NCBI GenBank assembly: GCA_964036045.1
Contig: OZ038378.1
Coordinates: 18,104,001-18,168,000 of the forward strand
DNA from: Eutreptiella sp. 'Long Island Sound 2002'
Taxonomy: Eukaryota; Protista; Euglenida
Length of the DNA: 64,000 nucleotides
Reading direction: 5' to 3'
The translations under genes were made by a program, and so were the position numbers. Of this stretch, positions 11,400 through 24,505 are shown piece after piece (within the stretch, counting starts at the first letter, position 1; every line of letters begins with the position of its first letter). Below the pieces are notes generated by a model. That model had not been told where the DNA came from. It saw only the letters and a list, made by a program, of their open reading frames with translations, and searched no databases.

Positions 11400-13300
11400 C
11401 GAAAATAGCACAAACAGTTGTTGTAACGCCATGAGACACCACATTGTGAGCGCATGTTGTACAACAGCTGGCTTCAATGACAGTTGAATCGAGTTACTTT
11501 CGTGGTTCAACTATGCCACCTAAAACAATGTTGACCAAGGAGGGAAGCGACCCAACATACAACCATAGCATGAAATGCATCCATGTTTGTATGCATGCCA
11601 TGCTTTAGCGCTTGCGGGTTGTACAAATCAAGCCTCAGCGATGGTTATGGTGCAAGTTTTTGCCCATTTTCTCAAATTGTGCAATCTTTAGTTCAAAAAT
11701 GGATTGGAATAGGAACAAGTGTGCATTTGGTGATCGTTGTCAGGACTCGTACATCGTCGCCGCAACACACAGGTACCCAGCTATCAGTGCTGGATGGATT
11801 TGCTGTAATTATCTAGGATTTGTGGCTATCGTAAAAAAATGATTGTGTTATTGGCGTGTTTGTATTGGAACCGCACGGTTGATGGCTGCTGTTTGGATTA
11901 CCAGACTCTAGATTACCAAGTTTTATATTAAAAGATTATGCATGACTGGGTTTGCATGGTACCCGTTGCACGTCCTTTGCCGTTGCATGTGCGTGCATGA
12001 TTAGCCAATACAGCCGCAACTCGAAGACTGTCACCGCTGTTGTCATTTAGATTTCGAATGGATTCAAGTCGCTGCACATGGTGTCCTATTGATTTGCATG
12101 ATGATGTGCATCATATGCACTTTGTCTCTTTCCTACCTTGTATTGTTGTGCCAAGTGGCAATGGAAATGTGGCGGCGGATACCAAGATTCGTTGCTCGTG
12201 GATCGCCGCTGACTAGCGGGACTTTGCCACAGGCAGTGGCATTACCAAGCGGATATACCTTCATTCATGTTTGTTGTGCACGTAGAATTTGAAGGTTCTG
12301 AGGATTGACAAGCTAGATGGTGTTAGACAGCATCTATGTTCTCCCAACCAAATGGGTACGAACCTATACACTGCCGTTATGGCATGCAAAAGATGAGTGA
12401 AAACGTTGGTTTTCAGCGGTCTGCGTAACATTAATTTGATTAAAATCACTGTATGTTGGGTCGCTTCTCTCCTTGGTCTTTTGGTGGCCACTTATTGACC
12501 CTTCATAAATTGACTGTAAACACCTGATGGTCCAAGTTTGAAATATACAAATGTGTAAACACACTTGCACCGCTATGGAACCTCCTGTTTTCTTTGCTGC
12601 ATAATATCCATGGCTCCAACCATTGCATAACCTTGATGGTGTAGCATGTAGTGCAACCGTTAACTTAAACTTGCCATTTGGGTGTACAATCACTTGGCAG
12701 CAAATCTTGTAAATGATGAATAGAACAGGGAGCCTATTGCCCGCAGCAAAGAAAATCTATCCCCTTGTTTTCAACTTCCCACTCCATTTGTTTTTTTTTT
12801 AATGCTAATGACACGAAGATCACAATTAGGCACAACCAACCTCGCTTTTGGTGCACCGACTTCAGAAGCGCAAATATCTTTGCAATCACATACCACTTGC
12901 GATTGATACCATTGCAACCACCTCCCGGTTTTGGGAAAAGAAACCCAGATTGAGGTAAAGGGAAATTGGCATAAACCAAAATACCACCATTGGGCTTTCG
13001 GTTTGTCATCCCACTTTTCTGCCGTGTAGTTGCCAAATATTCAGTTCTTGTAGTGTTTCTCCTTGTTCGTTTTGCGCTATTCTCGTCGTTGTACACGGAC
13101 TTCCGAGCCCGGAGCCAATCCATATGGTGCTCTACCACGCATGTGCTTCTCACAGTTGTGGTTAGGTAAAAAACTGGCAATGTGGCTCTGGATGCCGTCT
13201 TCCGCATGGCAATCCACCTTTCCCACACAACATTTGCAAAACAACAACTTGTTGCTGTTGTACACCCCATACTTGCCTATTGTCAACATGTTGATCAACT
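11400..13300 (-). pseudogene. Possible decayed hAT/CGGBP1-like transposase
   Basis: LLFCKCCVGKVDCHAEDGIQSHIAS resembles a CGGBP1-type zinc finger. Further along are GGSIA and KVTRFNC (TRWNS-like). Many stops. Confidence 0.3.
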
Positions 13301-14093
13301 GCGAAACGTTTTGCACCATCACCTGGCTGCTTGGGTCGACCAGGTTTGGTCTTCTTGGCAGCATTCATGAATGAACACCACAACCCCATTGCAACATCCA
13401 GACGTTGTTGCTCAAACAAAGCCTGTTGGGTTGCTTCAAGGTCATTGGTTACAAAACAAACTTCCATGAGAATCATAGGCGATTCTCACCTCAACGCAGG
13501 AACCTTTGATATATTGTCTTTTGCTGCTGCGGCCAGAAATCTACTGATTTGCGCTAACGATTCAGGAAACTGGGTCCCCGAAACGAGGGGAGGAGGGGGG
13601 CAGGTTGCCATTGACTTTCCCTAGCACTCACAAGCGACATGCAAAATCATATTACTGTTCAGACAGACAGCCCAATTTTGCATGGCCACCGGCTCTTGTA
13701 GATACAGCAAGGCTTACCATAAAAAGCTGATGATATTCATTGAACCAAAACAGTTGCATCCAATCAATTGGAAGGGAACTGGCATCTGATGCTACCCCAT
13801 TGTGTGGGTTGAACCACTGCACACTGCCACGTGTAATAGCAACAAACAGGCCAGACGAATTGAACCGACAGGATGGAACACTATTAATCACCCGGCTTCT
13901 GGCTTCTCCACTCAACCAGCACCAGGGCTTGAAGCACCAAACCCTTGAATGTGGCAGGGAGATGCCTGTGAAAACACTCTATCAGTGTGTGTTGCAACAC
14001 TGACCAACCTTTGGCTGCAAAAGAAATGGGGTATTCATCAATGAAAGAGCTTTGCTCAGGGGAATCATGGAGCACATGGAACGCACCCTGGTA

Positions 14094-15668
14094 CGTACCA
14101 AAAAAACCCCATTCTTTTTTTTTTACCAAAAAACCCCCCGTTTTGCACCAAAAAACCCCCTGATTTGTACCACCCCCCCAAGGGATAGAAAAGTTTCCCA
14201 AAAAAACCCCATTTCTTACCAAATAACCCCCCCAATCTTACCAAAAAAAACCCCACACAAAAACCTTACCAAAAAACCCCCCAACTCTTACCAAAAAAGA
14301 AAACTAATTTCTGTCCAAAAACCCCCAAACCTTACTGGGGGTTTTCTTGGCAAAAAAAAATGGTGCAAATGAGGGTGTTTTTTTGGTAAAAAATGGTACA
14401 GATTGGGGTTTTTTGGTAACAAATGGGTGGGTGTTGGTAAGAATTGGTACCAATTGGGGTTTTTTCTTTTGCTAAAAAATGGGGAGGGGGGATTTTGGTA
14501 AAAAAAATGGGGCAAATGGGGTGTTTTTTTGGTAAAAAAATGGGGCGAAGGTTTCTCCGTAACAATTGGTATCCCCCTGTCCAGTAAGCGGCTGGGGATG
14601 ACGGTTCCCTCGCACCCCCGAGGGAACCTACCCAAGTGACGGTTCCCTCGCCCCCGCGATTAGTAGACAAGAGAGGCGCGGCACAAAGCACGAGAGCGAA
14701 CACCAGGGCATGTGAACCACAGACTGACCAGGAAACTGCCTGCAGGGATGCATGTCAGGTCTACTGAGCAACAGGATCGGTGTGCCACTTTTTCTGATGC
14801 GAGTATTTCACCTTAAAGAGCTGCACATGCTCAACAGGGGCCACAGGAATGGGATCTCCTGCAGGCTGCCACCCGAGCAGCAGGTTTGTCTGCACGTTTG
14901 GAGGGTTTGGCAGGAGGTTTGGCAGCTTTGGGGGCAGGCTTGGTAGCAGGTTTGACAGGGGGCCCCAGCTGCTGTGGCATGCAGTTTGCCTCAGGAACAT
15001 CGCGGGTGAAATACAGTTTTTCTGTTGGCAAAAACATTTGCCAAACCCCATAAACCACGTGCACTCTTTGCCCACACAGTCTCAGTGTCAGACGCACTGT
15101 CACTGTCTTCTTCAACACCACATTCCGCCCGGTTGGCCGTTGTGGACGCTGAGGTGGGTCATGGGGGTGTCCGCACAGGGGCACAGTCATGTGTTACCAC
15201 CGTACCGGAGCGCTCATATGTGATTGACTGGTAGTCAGCACCACGCTCCGAGAGGCCCAGAATCTTGGGAGACACAATACTGCTGTCTGAACATTGGAAA
15301 TCGACATAAGCACCAGGAGAGTACGTGTCAATATCATCGACATTCATGGCTGAAATTGTGCAAAACTAAGTGTTCTGCATGATACAGGGTGCAGTGCAGT
15401 GCCTTCCATGCAAGAAATTTGAAGCACACAGCAATGCACCAACAACAGTACCTTGTCCAGCCAACAAACACACAGGAGAACCTCAATATCCAAATGAAAT
15501 TTGGAAAATGGAAGGTGACGGTTCCCTCGCCCCCCTGCTTACTAGACAAAAGGGGGGGGGGGGCTACAAATAGGGGTTTTTTTTGGTAAAACATGGGGCC
15601 GGGGGTTTTTTGGTAAAAATTGGTAAAAATTGGGTTTTTTTTGTCAGAAACAGGGGTTTTTTGATACG
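14094..15668. repeat. Foldback-like element built from A6C4/G4T6 units with long degenerate inverted ends
   Basis: 14094-14180 is the approximate reverse complement of 15555-15668. There is an internal switch from AC-rich to GT-rich sequence at about 14335. GTGACGGTTCCCTCGC occurs at about 14603, 14636 and 15514. Confidence 0.55.
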
Positions 15669-15988
15669 CACTACACCCCCCTGCAATGATCTGCAGTTAC
15701 CATTCCTGGCACATTTTGAGAGAATAGAAGCCATACCATACCATACCATACCAGGACAACTGTTGCATCAATAGAGAGGTGAAACATATGTTAAGAACTC
15801 AAAATAATCGGCTGTTGCGCAAAATAATCCACATTCAACATGTGAATCTATAGTGCTCCAAAGCAACTACTGGTGAGATGCACATGCATGCATGCATGGG
15901 CAGGCACGCAGGTAGGCATAGAGGCAGCTTAAGATGTACCCTTACACACGTATGCTGATTCCAACATAATGCGTCAGTCAACCAAGGA

Positions 15989-16482
15989 CTAGAAGCGTGT
16001 CAAGGGCCGTGAGGAATACTCAGAGTAATACCCACTAGAACCGCTAACAAATCGCGGCACTTGGTTATATGAAACTGGCCTTGCCGATGTGGTTGTGCTG
16101 TAGCCAGCCATTGAAGTCGGGTGCCCATTAAAGGCAGTAGCCGAATACGACGGATTCCCAAATGAGGGCTGTTGATAGGGAGAAGCGAACCCAATGGGTT
16201 GGTTCAAAGGGGTGCCATAACTGCCTGATCCGCGTGTGCCCAGATACACGCTGGTGTGTGGCGCCTGGGTGACGAAAGAAGCGTTGGTTGGGGCAGTTTG
16301 CAGGCTTTCCGTAGGCAATCGGCTGACGGGAGTACTTCCACTGCCCACAGTCATAGGGTTAGAGATGATCTTTGAGCCGACCATTGTAGCTGGAGTTGCA
16401 GCGGAGCCCTGAGTCTGAGGACCGTGACCGGGTCTCTTAGCAATGACAATGTAATGAAACCTTTTCGATAAATTGTCCTCGC
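15989..16482 (-). CDS. Exon 3 (terminal) of an orphan Rossmann-fold methyltransferase-like gene
   Basis: Acceptor ttccattctctgtccag; phase 1 matches the exon 2 donor. Encodes GEDNLSKRFHYIVIAKR followed by an S/T/G/P/Y-rich tail. Confidence 0.65.
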
Positions 16483-17417
16483 CTGGACAGAGAATGGAAC
16501 GCCAATCATCGGCAATGACCGGGGGGGATGTACGTGCAACAGCAACAGACTTCTCCCAAACAGCACCCTTTATACCGCCGTTGCGCAAGCACAGCCTGAG
16601 CCCGACAACGGTCAGACAGGAATTCTGTGCTCGGACGACGCCACGCTTGCGCGCCACACGCCTGTAATTCACTGCAGGGTCCAAGGCCTCGTGCACCCTT
16701 TCCCCGAAGAACGGAGGCCCACACCTCGCCAACAACCGGTTGTGCCACATTTCAGGGACGAAGTTTGCCACAAATTGGGCTGTGGCATGTCGCAACAGTG
16801 AAATCTGCCCCCCAACTTCGTTGCAATTCATTGACCCTCCACCACTGCCACGCAAGGGTGCTGCGAGGGACTCTCGGGGCCCACGTGGACGAAACTTTGG
16901 GTGGGATCTGACGCCATCGTCTGGGTATTGCGTGCTGTAGGGGAGTGAGCGCCTGCCACACAACCAGTGCGTACCCAGCGCAGTTTGTTGTGCCAAATGT
17001 CCCTGCATCCAGCGCCCAGATCTACCGAAAAGAAAATTAAACCGAATCAGCAGAATCCCCCCCCCCCCGCCGTGAATTGGCAGAATCAACACCAACAGCC
17101 ACGTTGTAAATATGGGCCCAGCGCCCGGTTGGGGAACTGGACAGACTGGGAAAAGCAGTCCTAAGTTTGCCCGGCGCCGCAACGCCCCCCTTGCATGTTA
17201 TCCTTACTGCCCATACCAACCACACCCCTCTCCTACATGCACACAATAGACAAGCACGCTTGCACATGTCTAGTTTTCAAATGCCGCAAGGCTGCACCAA
17301 ACCAGATGTTCAAGTCCGAGCTCTGCTGCATCTTTCCGTACGTGACCCCGAACCTTGCGGCGTCAGCTCTCCCTTGACTTGACGGCAGTGGAAAGGGAGG
17401 GGGGAGGGAGATGCCAC

Positions 17418-17636
17418 CTTGTTCGGGTAATGCATGAGGATTCTGCCAGGATTGCACTTCGCAGCCGAGCTGGCGGCACATTTGTACCAGTTTGTCGCAC
17501 TCAACCTTCATCCAGGTCGTGAACAGCGTGGCCTCTGCGCCCGTCACCACCTCATGGATGATGCGGTCCCAGCCGTCGTTCTCGAACCCAACCACTTGAG
17601 GGTGCAGGCCCAGCGCCAGATGGCACTTGGGCATCT
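17418..17636 (-). CDS. Exon 2 of the same gene
   Basis: Acceptor tttgccttag, donor CAAG|gtggca, 219 nt, phase 1 at both ends. Encodes KMPKCHLALGLHPQ...FTTWMKVEC...QNPHALPEQ. Confidence 0.7.
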
Positions 17637-18666
17637 CTAAGGCAAACATTGGGTCTTGGCGGGGGACGCATACGCATTCAAAATCATGGTGTCAAGGGTG
17701 AAGCAGGGGGATTTCTCCTTTGACGTTGTGGGCAGTTTGGGACTCCCTTGGCTTGAACCATGGATGTTTGGTAAGACTGAGTAAGCAGCGAAGTAAAACC
17801 GAATAAAATTCAGGAAAGCTGAGCAAAAAATGGAGCAAAACTGAACAAAAGAAATTCTTTTCTCCTTTCTTTTCTTTTTTCTTCTCCCCCCCCCCCCAAA
17901 AAAAATGCCGTTAAAAACAAGATATTTTAAAACAGGCTTTTTCGAAGAAAAAAAAACCAACTCAACTCTACTACAATTTTACTCAGCCTGACTAAATTCA
18001 TACAAAATTTTTTTAACTTGGTTTTACACAAATGTGACCAGAAAGCACAAATCGGGGGGGGGGGGGGGGGGGGACAGGCTACTTGCCGCTGACTTCAAAT
18101 ACCCCAAGGGTGGATTGCCCCACAGAAACTTATCTGGGCTTCACACACTATTGTTCCCCTTCTGCAGAAGAGGGAATTTGTAGTTCAAGGCACTGAGTCA
18201 TGAATCAGCCCCCCAAATTTACTCAGATGAGCCACACTGCCGATGGGACACGAGTTGACTCACCATCTGCATGGAGCTTCCGAACGATTTCACGAAGGGC
18301 AGCTTGGCACTTTTGGACCAGGGCACAGTCAAGGTGGCTGGCTGTGGTCTTCGAAACGACCAAATAATGCCTACCAAGGCGCATCCAGTCAACCTGAAAG
18401 TGGCTTGTGGTTGAAGGCTGGCGGGAGGCGCCACTGAGCTTGCAGTCTTGGTGGAGTGCTCTTCTGAACCTCTCCCTCTGAGGGAAGCGAGCCTACGTCA
18501 ATGCAACATGCGGATCGGTTCAAAGGGTATGATCGAGTTTTGGGCTGCCCATTCATGGTGAACAGCTCCATGGGATTCCTTCCTCACCACTGGTGTCTTG
18601 TGATAGAGTGCTAGGACAATCTGTACTTTGTGTTCCCTGGAGTTATAGAGGATGTTTGTAGGGTGC

Positions 18667-19039
18667 AAGCGGTTTCAGTGCCGCCTCCTCTAGAAGAACC
18701 TCGCCTTCGGTGCGAGCATGTGCGGGCATGTGCAGCATATTTGGCGTGTGAGATTGTGCTTGTTAGTTGCGAATTGCTTGTTCACACATTGCACCACTAC
18801 ATGGGCAATAGCAACGTCTATGTTGCAAAAGCATAAAAGTTGCAATGCACCTGCTCTACCTCCATGCTTTTATGCTTTTGCAACATAGACGTTGCTATTG
18901 CCCATGTAGTGGTGCAATGTGTGAACAAGCAATTCGCAACTAACAAGCACAATCTCACACGCCAAATATGCTGCACATGCCCGCACATGCTCGCACCGAA
19001 GGCGAGGTTCTTCTAGAGGAGGCGGCACTGAAACCGCTT
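18667..19039. repeat. Inverted repeat, 173-bp arms with a 27-nt spacer
   Basis: 18667-18839 is the reverse complement of 18867-19039. The ORF track gives identical peptides on both strands. Confidence 0.95.
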
Positions 19040-19542
19040 TCATCAAGTAACAAGCTTGTGGTGCCCAGCGCAAGGGCCTTTGCGCACAAGAATGGCCCAC
19101 ACATTGTGGTAACCCCTACTGGGCAAATACCAAATTTTCTACAACTTGAATTTTTGCGATTCTAGAAATCAATTAATATTTGGCAAATTATTTGTTGCTG
19201 CTCCCAAAACCTGAAAAGACTGTATTTTTTTTTTTGGCGACCTCCCCCCATAAATATACATTGTCCTATAGCACATGGACCGCCTTGTCGCATTCCAGCC
19301 TTTGAATGAGATAATCAATTTACATCTTTACTTTAATTTTAGTTTTTACATTTGCTTCGTAAGTACTGTAATTGAGGCTATAAATAAAATGTTTTCCCAC
19401 AATACTCAAGTCTGGCCGGTACTGTTCTTTTCGGGCATCGCCAAATGGACACATGCAATTGAGGATGAGAGGCCCATGGAGTAGTTCTCCTCAGGCATAT
19501 GAACGAAAATGCACAACAGCACCAACAAGGGCAGACACATAC

Positions 19543-19957
19543 TCTCCTTGGACAAGTCAAGGTAACGGTGAGAGAAGCGGAATTTGGGGTCATTGATTGA
19601 GGTGTAGCCCATGTTCTGTGGGAGATGAACGTCGGTGGCTTCCAGAGTCACCGATCGCCATGAGGCAGGAAGTTGAGGGGAAAGGAAACGGTGCACTGCT
19701 GGAGCTTCATCAAACCCGCCAGAGAACGGCACGTGGATCGTTGCCTCCGGACCAGCACTCGCCAAGAACTTGGAGAAGATATCTGAATGTTGGGACACGA
19801 ACGCGAGCGTTCGTGCAAAGGCATCGATTTGCTTCGCATTCCACTGTTCAATGGAGGTCTGGCCAAAATTTCCCGCAGGGAATGTGCCGGGCGTCATTGA
19901 GGGGTAAGATGCGGAAGGCGGCAAAGCCATTGGTGGGTATCCAGCTCCGTACATCAT
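19543..19957 (-). CDS. Exon 1 of the same gene
   Basis: AG acceptor 9 nt before ATGATG; donor GAGA|gtatgt. Encodes ATIHVPFSGGFDE...VTLEATDV...YLDLSKE. The spliced total is 1128 nt with no internal stop. Confidence 0.65.
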
Positions 19958-20249
19958 GCGTAACAACTGTGGACAATATTGGCACTGATTTTGGGTGCAT
20001 AAGGGGCCCATTCTGGAAGGCATACGGTCTCTTTCCTTTCTGTGTTGATTTGTTGCGGTATTGGTGGACAGTTACAGACCAGAATCACCATGTCGGCAGT
20101 CCCTGTAGCCTACCCACTATCCTCACAGCCTCACAGGGAGGGAGTGTAAGGCTGGGGTGTGGTCTACATCTGATGCCTCTCCCCTGGAAGCCACATTCTT
20201 CGGACGAAAACAAAGAAGGGAAACAGCAACTGGGAGAAGGTTCTGATTC

Positions 20250-23200
20250 TTCTTACTCCCTATGGGTTGTGCACTCACCACATTGCCTGCACTTCATTCG
20301 CGGTGGCCACCACTTGCCCTGACCCCATTCCCTGCACCCTGAGCATGCCTGGCAACAGACTGACACCAAAATCACAAACACTGAAAGCATTGTCGCGTGA
20401 CCAGCCAGCTGCAGCGCTGCCACACCGTACCCAAAACACGGCAACGACACACAAACAATAAACACTGTTAGGCAGCCAGAGGGTGCCCTCCTCCCAGGAT
20501 AACACGACCCATAGTTTGATGTGTTTGCCATCCATGCGTCGTAGGATGTCTTCAACCAACTCAAGTTGATTGCCAGACCATGGAATGGCCCTGCCTTGGG
20601 CATCCTATGCATGGTCTTTATGAGCCGAGAAGACCATTCTGTCCAGTGGGAATGTGGTTGGCATTGATCGGGGCGGGGAAAAGTCTTTGGACTTGTAGAT
20701 CAATTTTCACGTTGCTTCCAGATGTGAGCCCATCAGTGAGTTCATATTGCCATGGTAGATAGGTGTGCATGTTTTGAAGGAGTGCTGGGGCGTGGATATT
20801 GCGCCAGCGTGTTGACATACCTTTGCCGGTCGACCTGGATGCCTATGCCTGAAGTGGATGGGCAGTTAAGAGGCTGTGCCAGACTACTCGTTGGGCATAT
20901 TTGCAGTGATCATCCAGTGTGCCATGCACAGCTGGTTCATCCGGACGCACAGATTTGCCCTCTTTTTGGTGTACTCGTTGTTTTGCCTTGGTCGGGGTGC
21001 GGATCCATGCCATGACTTTGCCGTGGACGGAATGCATACGGCTGTTGAGGGATGCCTACAGGGTAGCGGACCACGAGGATTGTACAAGCATGGGCGGATC
21101 TTCCATCTCAGGTGGGTATACATGGTCATAGGCCGCATTAGGATGGCGGTTCATAGGGAATGGTCGCTCCGAACCGACAGGCCGTGGTGTGGTGCACACC
21201 AGCAGACGCTCATCCGTCATCACCCGTAGGAATTGGTGTGATGCTTCCTTGATCTTGCACACACCTCATCACCTGGCATATGGAATCAGGCGTAGTGTGA
21301 CAGGAACTGGGTCCCGCCCCGTTACAGTAGTGGTATGGAGGTGCCTTGCAGTGCGCCATCCCAACTGGTCATGGCTCGTGACAAAAAGACATTATACCTT
21401 CACCCGTAGGCGTCTGTGTAATACAATGTGCTAGCCCTTGGCTCCGAGACTGTCCACCGTACCCTTTGTGTTGGGACTTGAATTGTGCTATCCTCCCCAA
21501 TGCGGTATAAGCTTAAAGAGCTCGTGTGTCTTCTTCTTCTTTATTGTTTGTTCCTGACGCTCAAGGTGTCATTGAGTATACTCGGGAGAACCCCGGGAAG
21601 TTGAAGGTCCATTTATGTACAGCATAGGTGCACTCAGAAACTGAGCAAACCAGAAATCCATGCAGCATGCTGGCATAACATGTGTTGTTCCTTCACACAT
21701 CAGTGCAGACGGTTTGCCACGCCTGTCTGGCTATCAATCGATGTGGAGGTGAACTGCATGTCGTTCAGAGAACGAGCATCTACTAGATCATTCGCAATGC
21801 ACACAGGGCACGTTTGATGGCTATGCCTCAAATGGGATGTGTGTGTGTGTATGGTGTAGCGTGTGGTGAGGCACGCGGACCAACACACACACCCTATGCA
21901 GCATCTCACGCAGGAACAATATACACTAAAGCTAGCACACATGCACTCCATGCTGGACACCGTGAGCATACATGCACACTTGTTACCCACGGGTGCATTC
22001 TCAGCCTCGGACACACTGTTGCATCTTGATGCTTTCGCGCACGAAAAGGGTCCCATATACGGGCACAACAAATGTACGTTGGCGGCAGAAGACAGAAAGT
22101 TAGATCGATCAGGATGCACGTGATGGTTCAAAGTACATCCCTAATCATCCGTTGCCCACATGCAGACAGTGTGCGCGGAGTGTGCATGGTTGGGCGCAGA
22201 CATTGGGGGCATAGGGCATGGACTGTACAGAACAGTACAAGAACCTCGGCAAGGAGGAGTCACAACTGCGGTCCCGACATGGCCCGGTTGGCAGCGGTCC
22301 ACGAGGGCCCGACTGCTCGCGCTGTGATAGCCCAGCAGTCTTGGTTCCTGAATTTTTCCTGGATGTCATCCGTCATCATGGCCACGCTCTAGGCGCCTTG
22401 ATGGGAGGGGCCATGCCATCCTATCTCACCCAGTGTTCTGATCAAGAGGGGGTGGTGAGGGCGGCGGCTTCCTGTAAATGGGTTGGTCCATCACAGTAGG
22501 CCGCAACCATAAGACCCTTCCAATCATGACCCTACAAGGACTTACTGCGCTTCTCATGCTGCCTATGCGTCTCGGTCGATTGATGCTTAGCGCGTCGGCA
22601 GCCGGATGGAAGCGGATGTGCAATGTGCGCGGCGCATTGTCAATGTCATCCTGATAGATGCGGGACGCAGGCACTATGTGGGCAGGAAGGATACGGCTGC
22701 AGTGCCGGACAACTGTGCTCGGCATGAGGGAGGCCCCGCGGGGCCTCGCGGCTAGGAGCCCCACATCGCACGACTGCATCCCCTCGCCGTGTGCACGCCG
22801 CATGGGACCGGCGATAGGGATCCCGCGTGAGCTGCACTTGCTGAGACTGCCCCGGTGCCTATGCGTTGTGCTCCCCATGACAACGTGCCTGTCTAACTCC
22901 AGGGGCGTGACGCTGATGTCCGCTGTCCCTACTCCGTCCGTCCTCCAGGTGTGGTTCCTGTTCCTGAAGGATGCCCACGTCCTTCCGCTGCTGCTTGATG
23001 AGTTTTTTGTAACTTCGCGGGTTCTTTCACTTGTACGTGTCCTTGCTGCCATAGCTAGGCAGACCGTGCAGGGCCGCCTAATGGGGCCAGTGCGAAAGTG
23101 GGTGGGTACCATAAACCACAGGATCTGTGGTGTCACCGTTTGCAGGCTCGGCTGCAAGGGTGGCTGCGGGTTTGCGCGAGGCCTTTTCTGTGGCGGCGTC

Positions 23201-23631
23201 GCAGAGCGAGACCTCAACGTGGATGCGGCTGCCCTGGTATCAGAGCTATGCTGCTGCATAGACCCAGATTCACTTCACTGCTTAGGCGGGAGGACACAAT
23301 CTCCGAAAGGGGGCTAGGTCCATTTCTTCAGGGGAGGAGTGGCACTGCACTGATGGGGCATTTTGCCCACACTTGGTGGGCTTGGAGGACGGTACGGCAA
23401 CTAGTTCAACATTTGACTCAGAGCTCGTGTGTCTTCCATGACCACACCTTGTGACGCCAGATAGAAATGTTCGGGTGAATAGCCTCTTTTTTCGCACACT
23501 GTCCGCTTCAATGCATGGATAGCACTTCCGGTGTGGGACATTATAGTGAGAGTCCCATTGGAGTCCTGGACGAAAAAGTGGATCAACGGTGTATCCACAG
23601 GCTCTGGGGGCGCTATATGAAAAGTGGGCAC
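20250..23631 (-). mobile_element. Highly decayed LINE with a ubiquitin-like domain upstream of the APE endonuclease and RT motifs
   Basis: UBL-like FFVQDSNGTLTI...KRTVCEKRGYSPEHFYLASQGVVMEDTRAL (23401-23583); KDVGILQE at 22961-22981; LQGTSIPLL at about 21322-21353; SY(G)DD at about 21216-21231. Confidence 0.45.
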
Positions 23632-23799
23632 TCAAAACAATTTGCAATGTGGTCTTAGGCTTGAACTCATGGGGTTTGACACAAGATATACTTGCATTGC
23701 CAAGGGGGTCTGGACCTAGCCAAGCCGCAACAATTTCCGTGGTGGCATCATTCAACGCTATTTGTACATTATGTCTTATGCCTAGAGGGGACTCTGCGG

Positions 23800-24460
23800 T
23801 GTGCCATTGATCCTTTTGTGGAGTGGGTAACACCACGGGCAGTACAGGTCTCCCATGCTTCATTGAGTTGGTTCCAACTAGATCTCAATTTACCATTGGT
23901 GTCTTTCCTATTCTCAACCTACAATGCAAAGTCGTTTTCACTCCTCCGACACAGGCTAAATCTTCCTATACCCTATCCACTGCTGTATGACAGTCCGCTT
24001 TGGCACAGTGTGCTGTTCAAAAATGTGTTCTTTCACACGTATTCTCTCTGTTCCCTCATACGGGAAGGCACATTCTTGGTAGGCTAGCTACTGGAGGACG
24101 ATTCTAGCTTATCCTAGCTCGACCCAACCTGGCGTTCAATCTACAAAGACACCATTGGACAATTCGTCAATCAGACTTTTGTACTATCCGGGGGATCTCG
24201 ATAGCCCTCCTATTATCTCTCTTTGCTGCTTATAGACTGGCCGCGGGGCTCTGCTCTATTGGTGTTGTCATACCCGCATAAACCACTTGTTTGGGTGGAA
24301 ACACAACTCACATTGGGTGGACCAAGACTGGCAGTTTCCACATTTTAAGCAAGAATGCTGGTTCCTTTAGGGTGAGGTTCCAATGCTACATGGAGTGTGC
24401 CCTCCCTAGTGCTTTTTGTAGTGCAGGTGCAAAGGCCTCCTCTAGTGTCACATGACCTAG

Positions 24461-24505
<45 letters not shown>

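Noticed and set aside
14094-14560. Telomere or interstitial telomeric array
   Set aside because: The units are irregular and arranged as inverted arms, not as a uniform tandem repeat.
15989-17182. 397-aa single-exon ORF as listed
   Set aside because: Only the last 494 nt fit the spliced gene model; the upstream part reads through predicted intron sequence.
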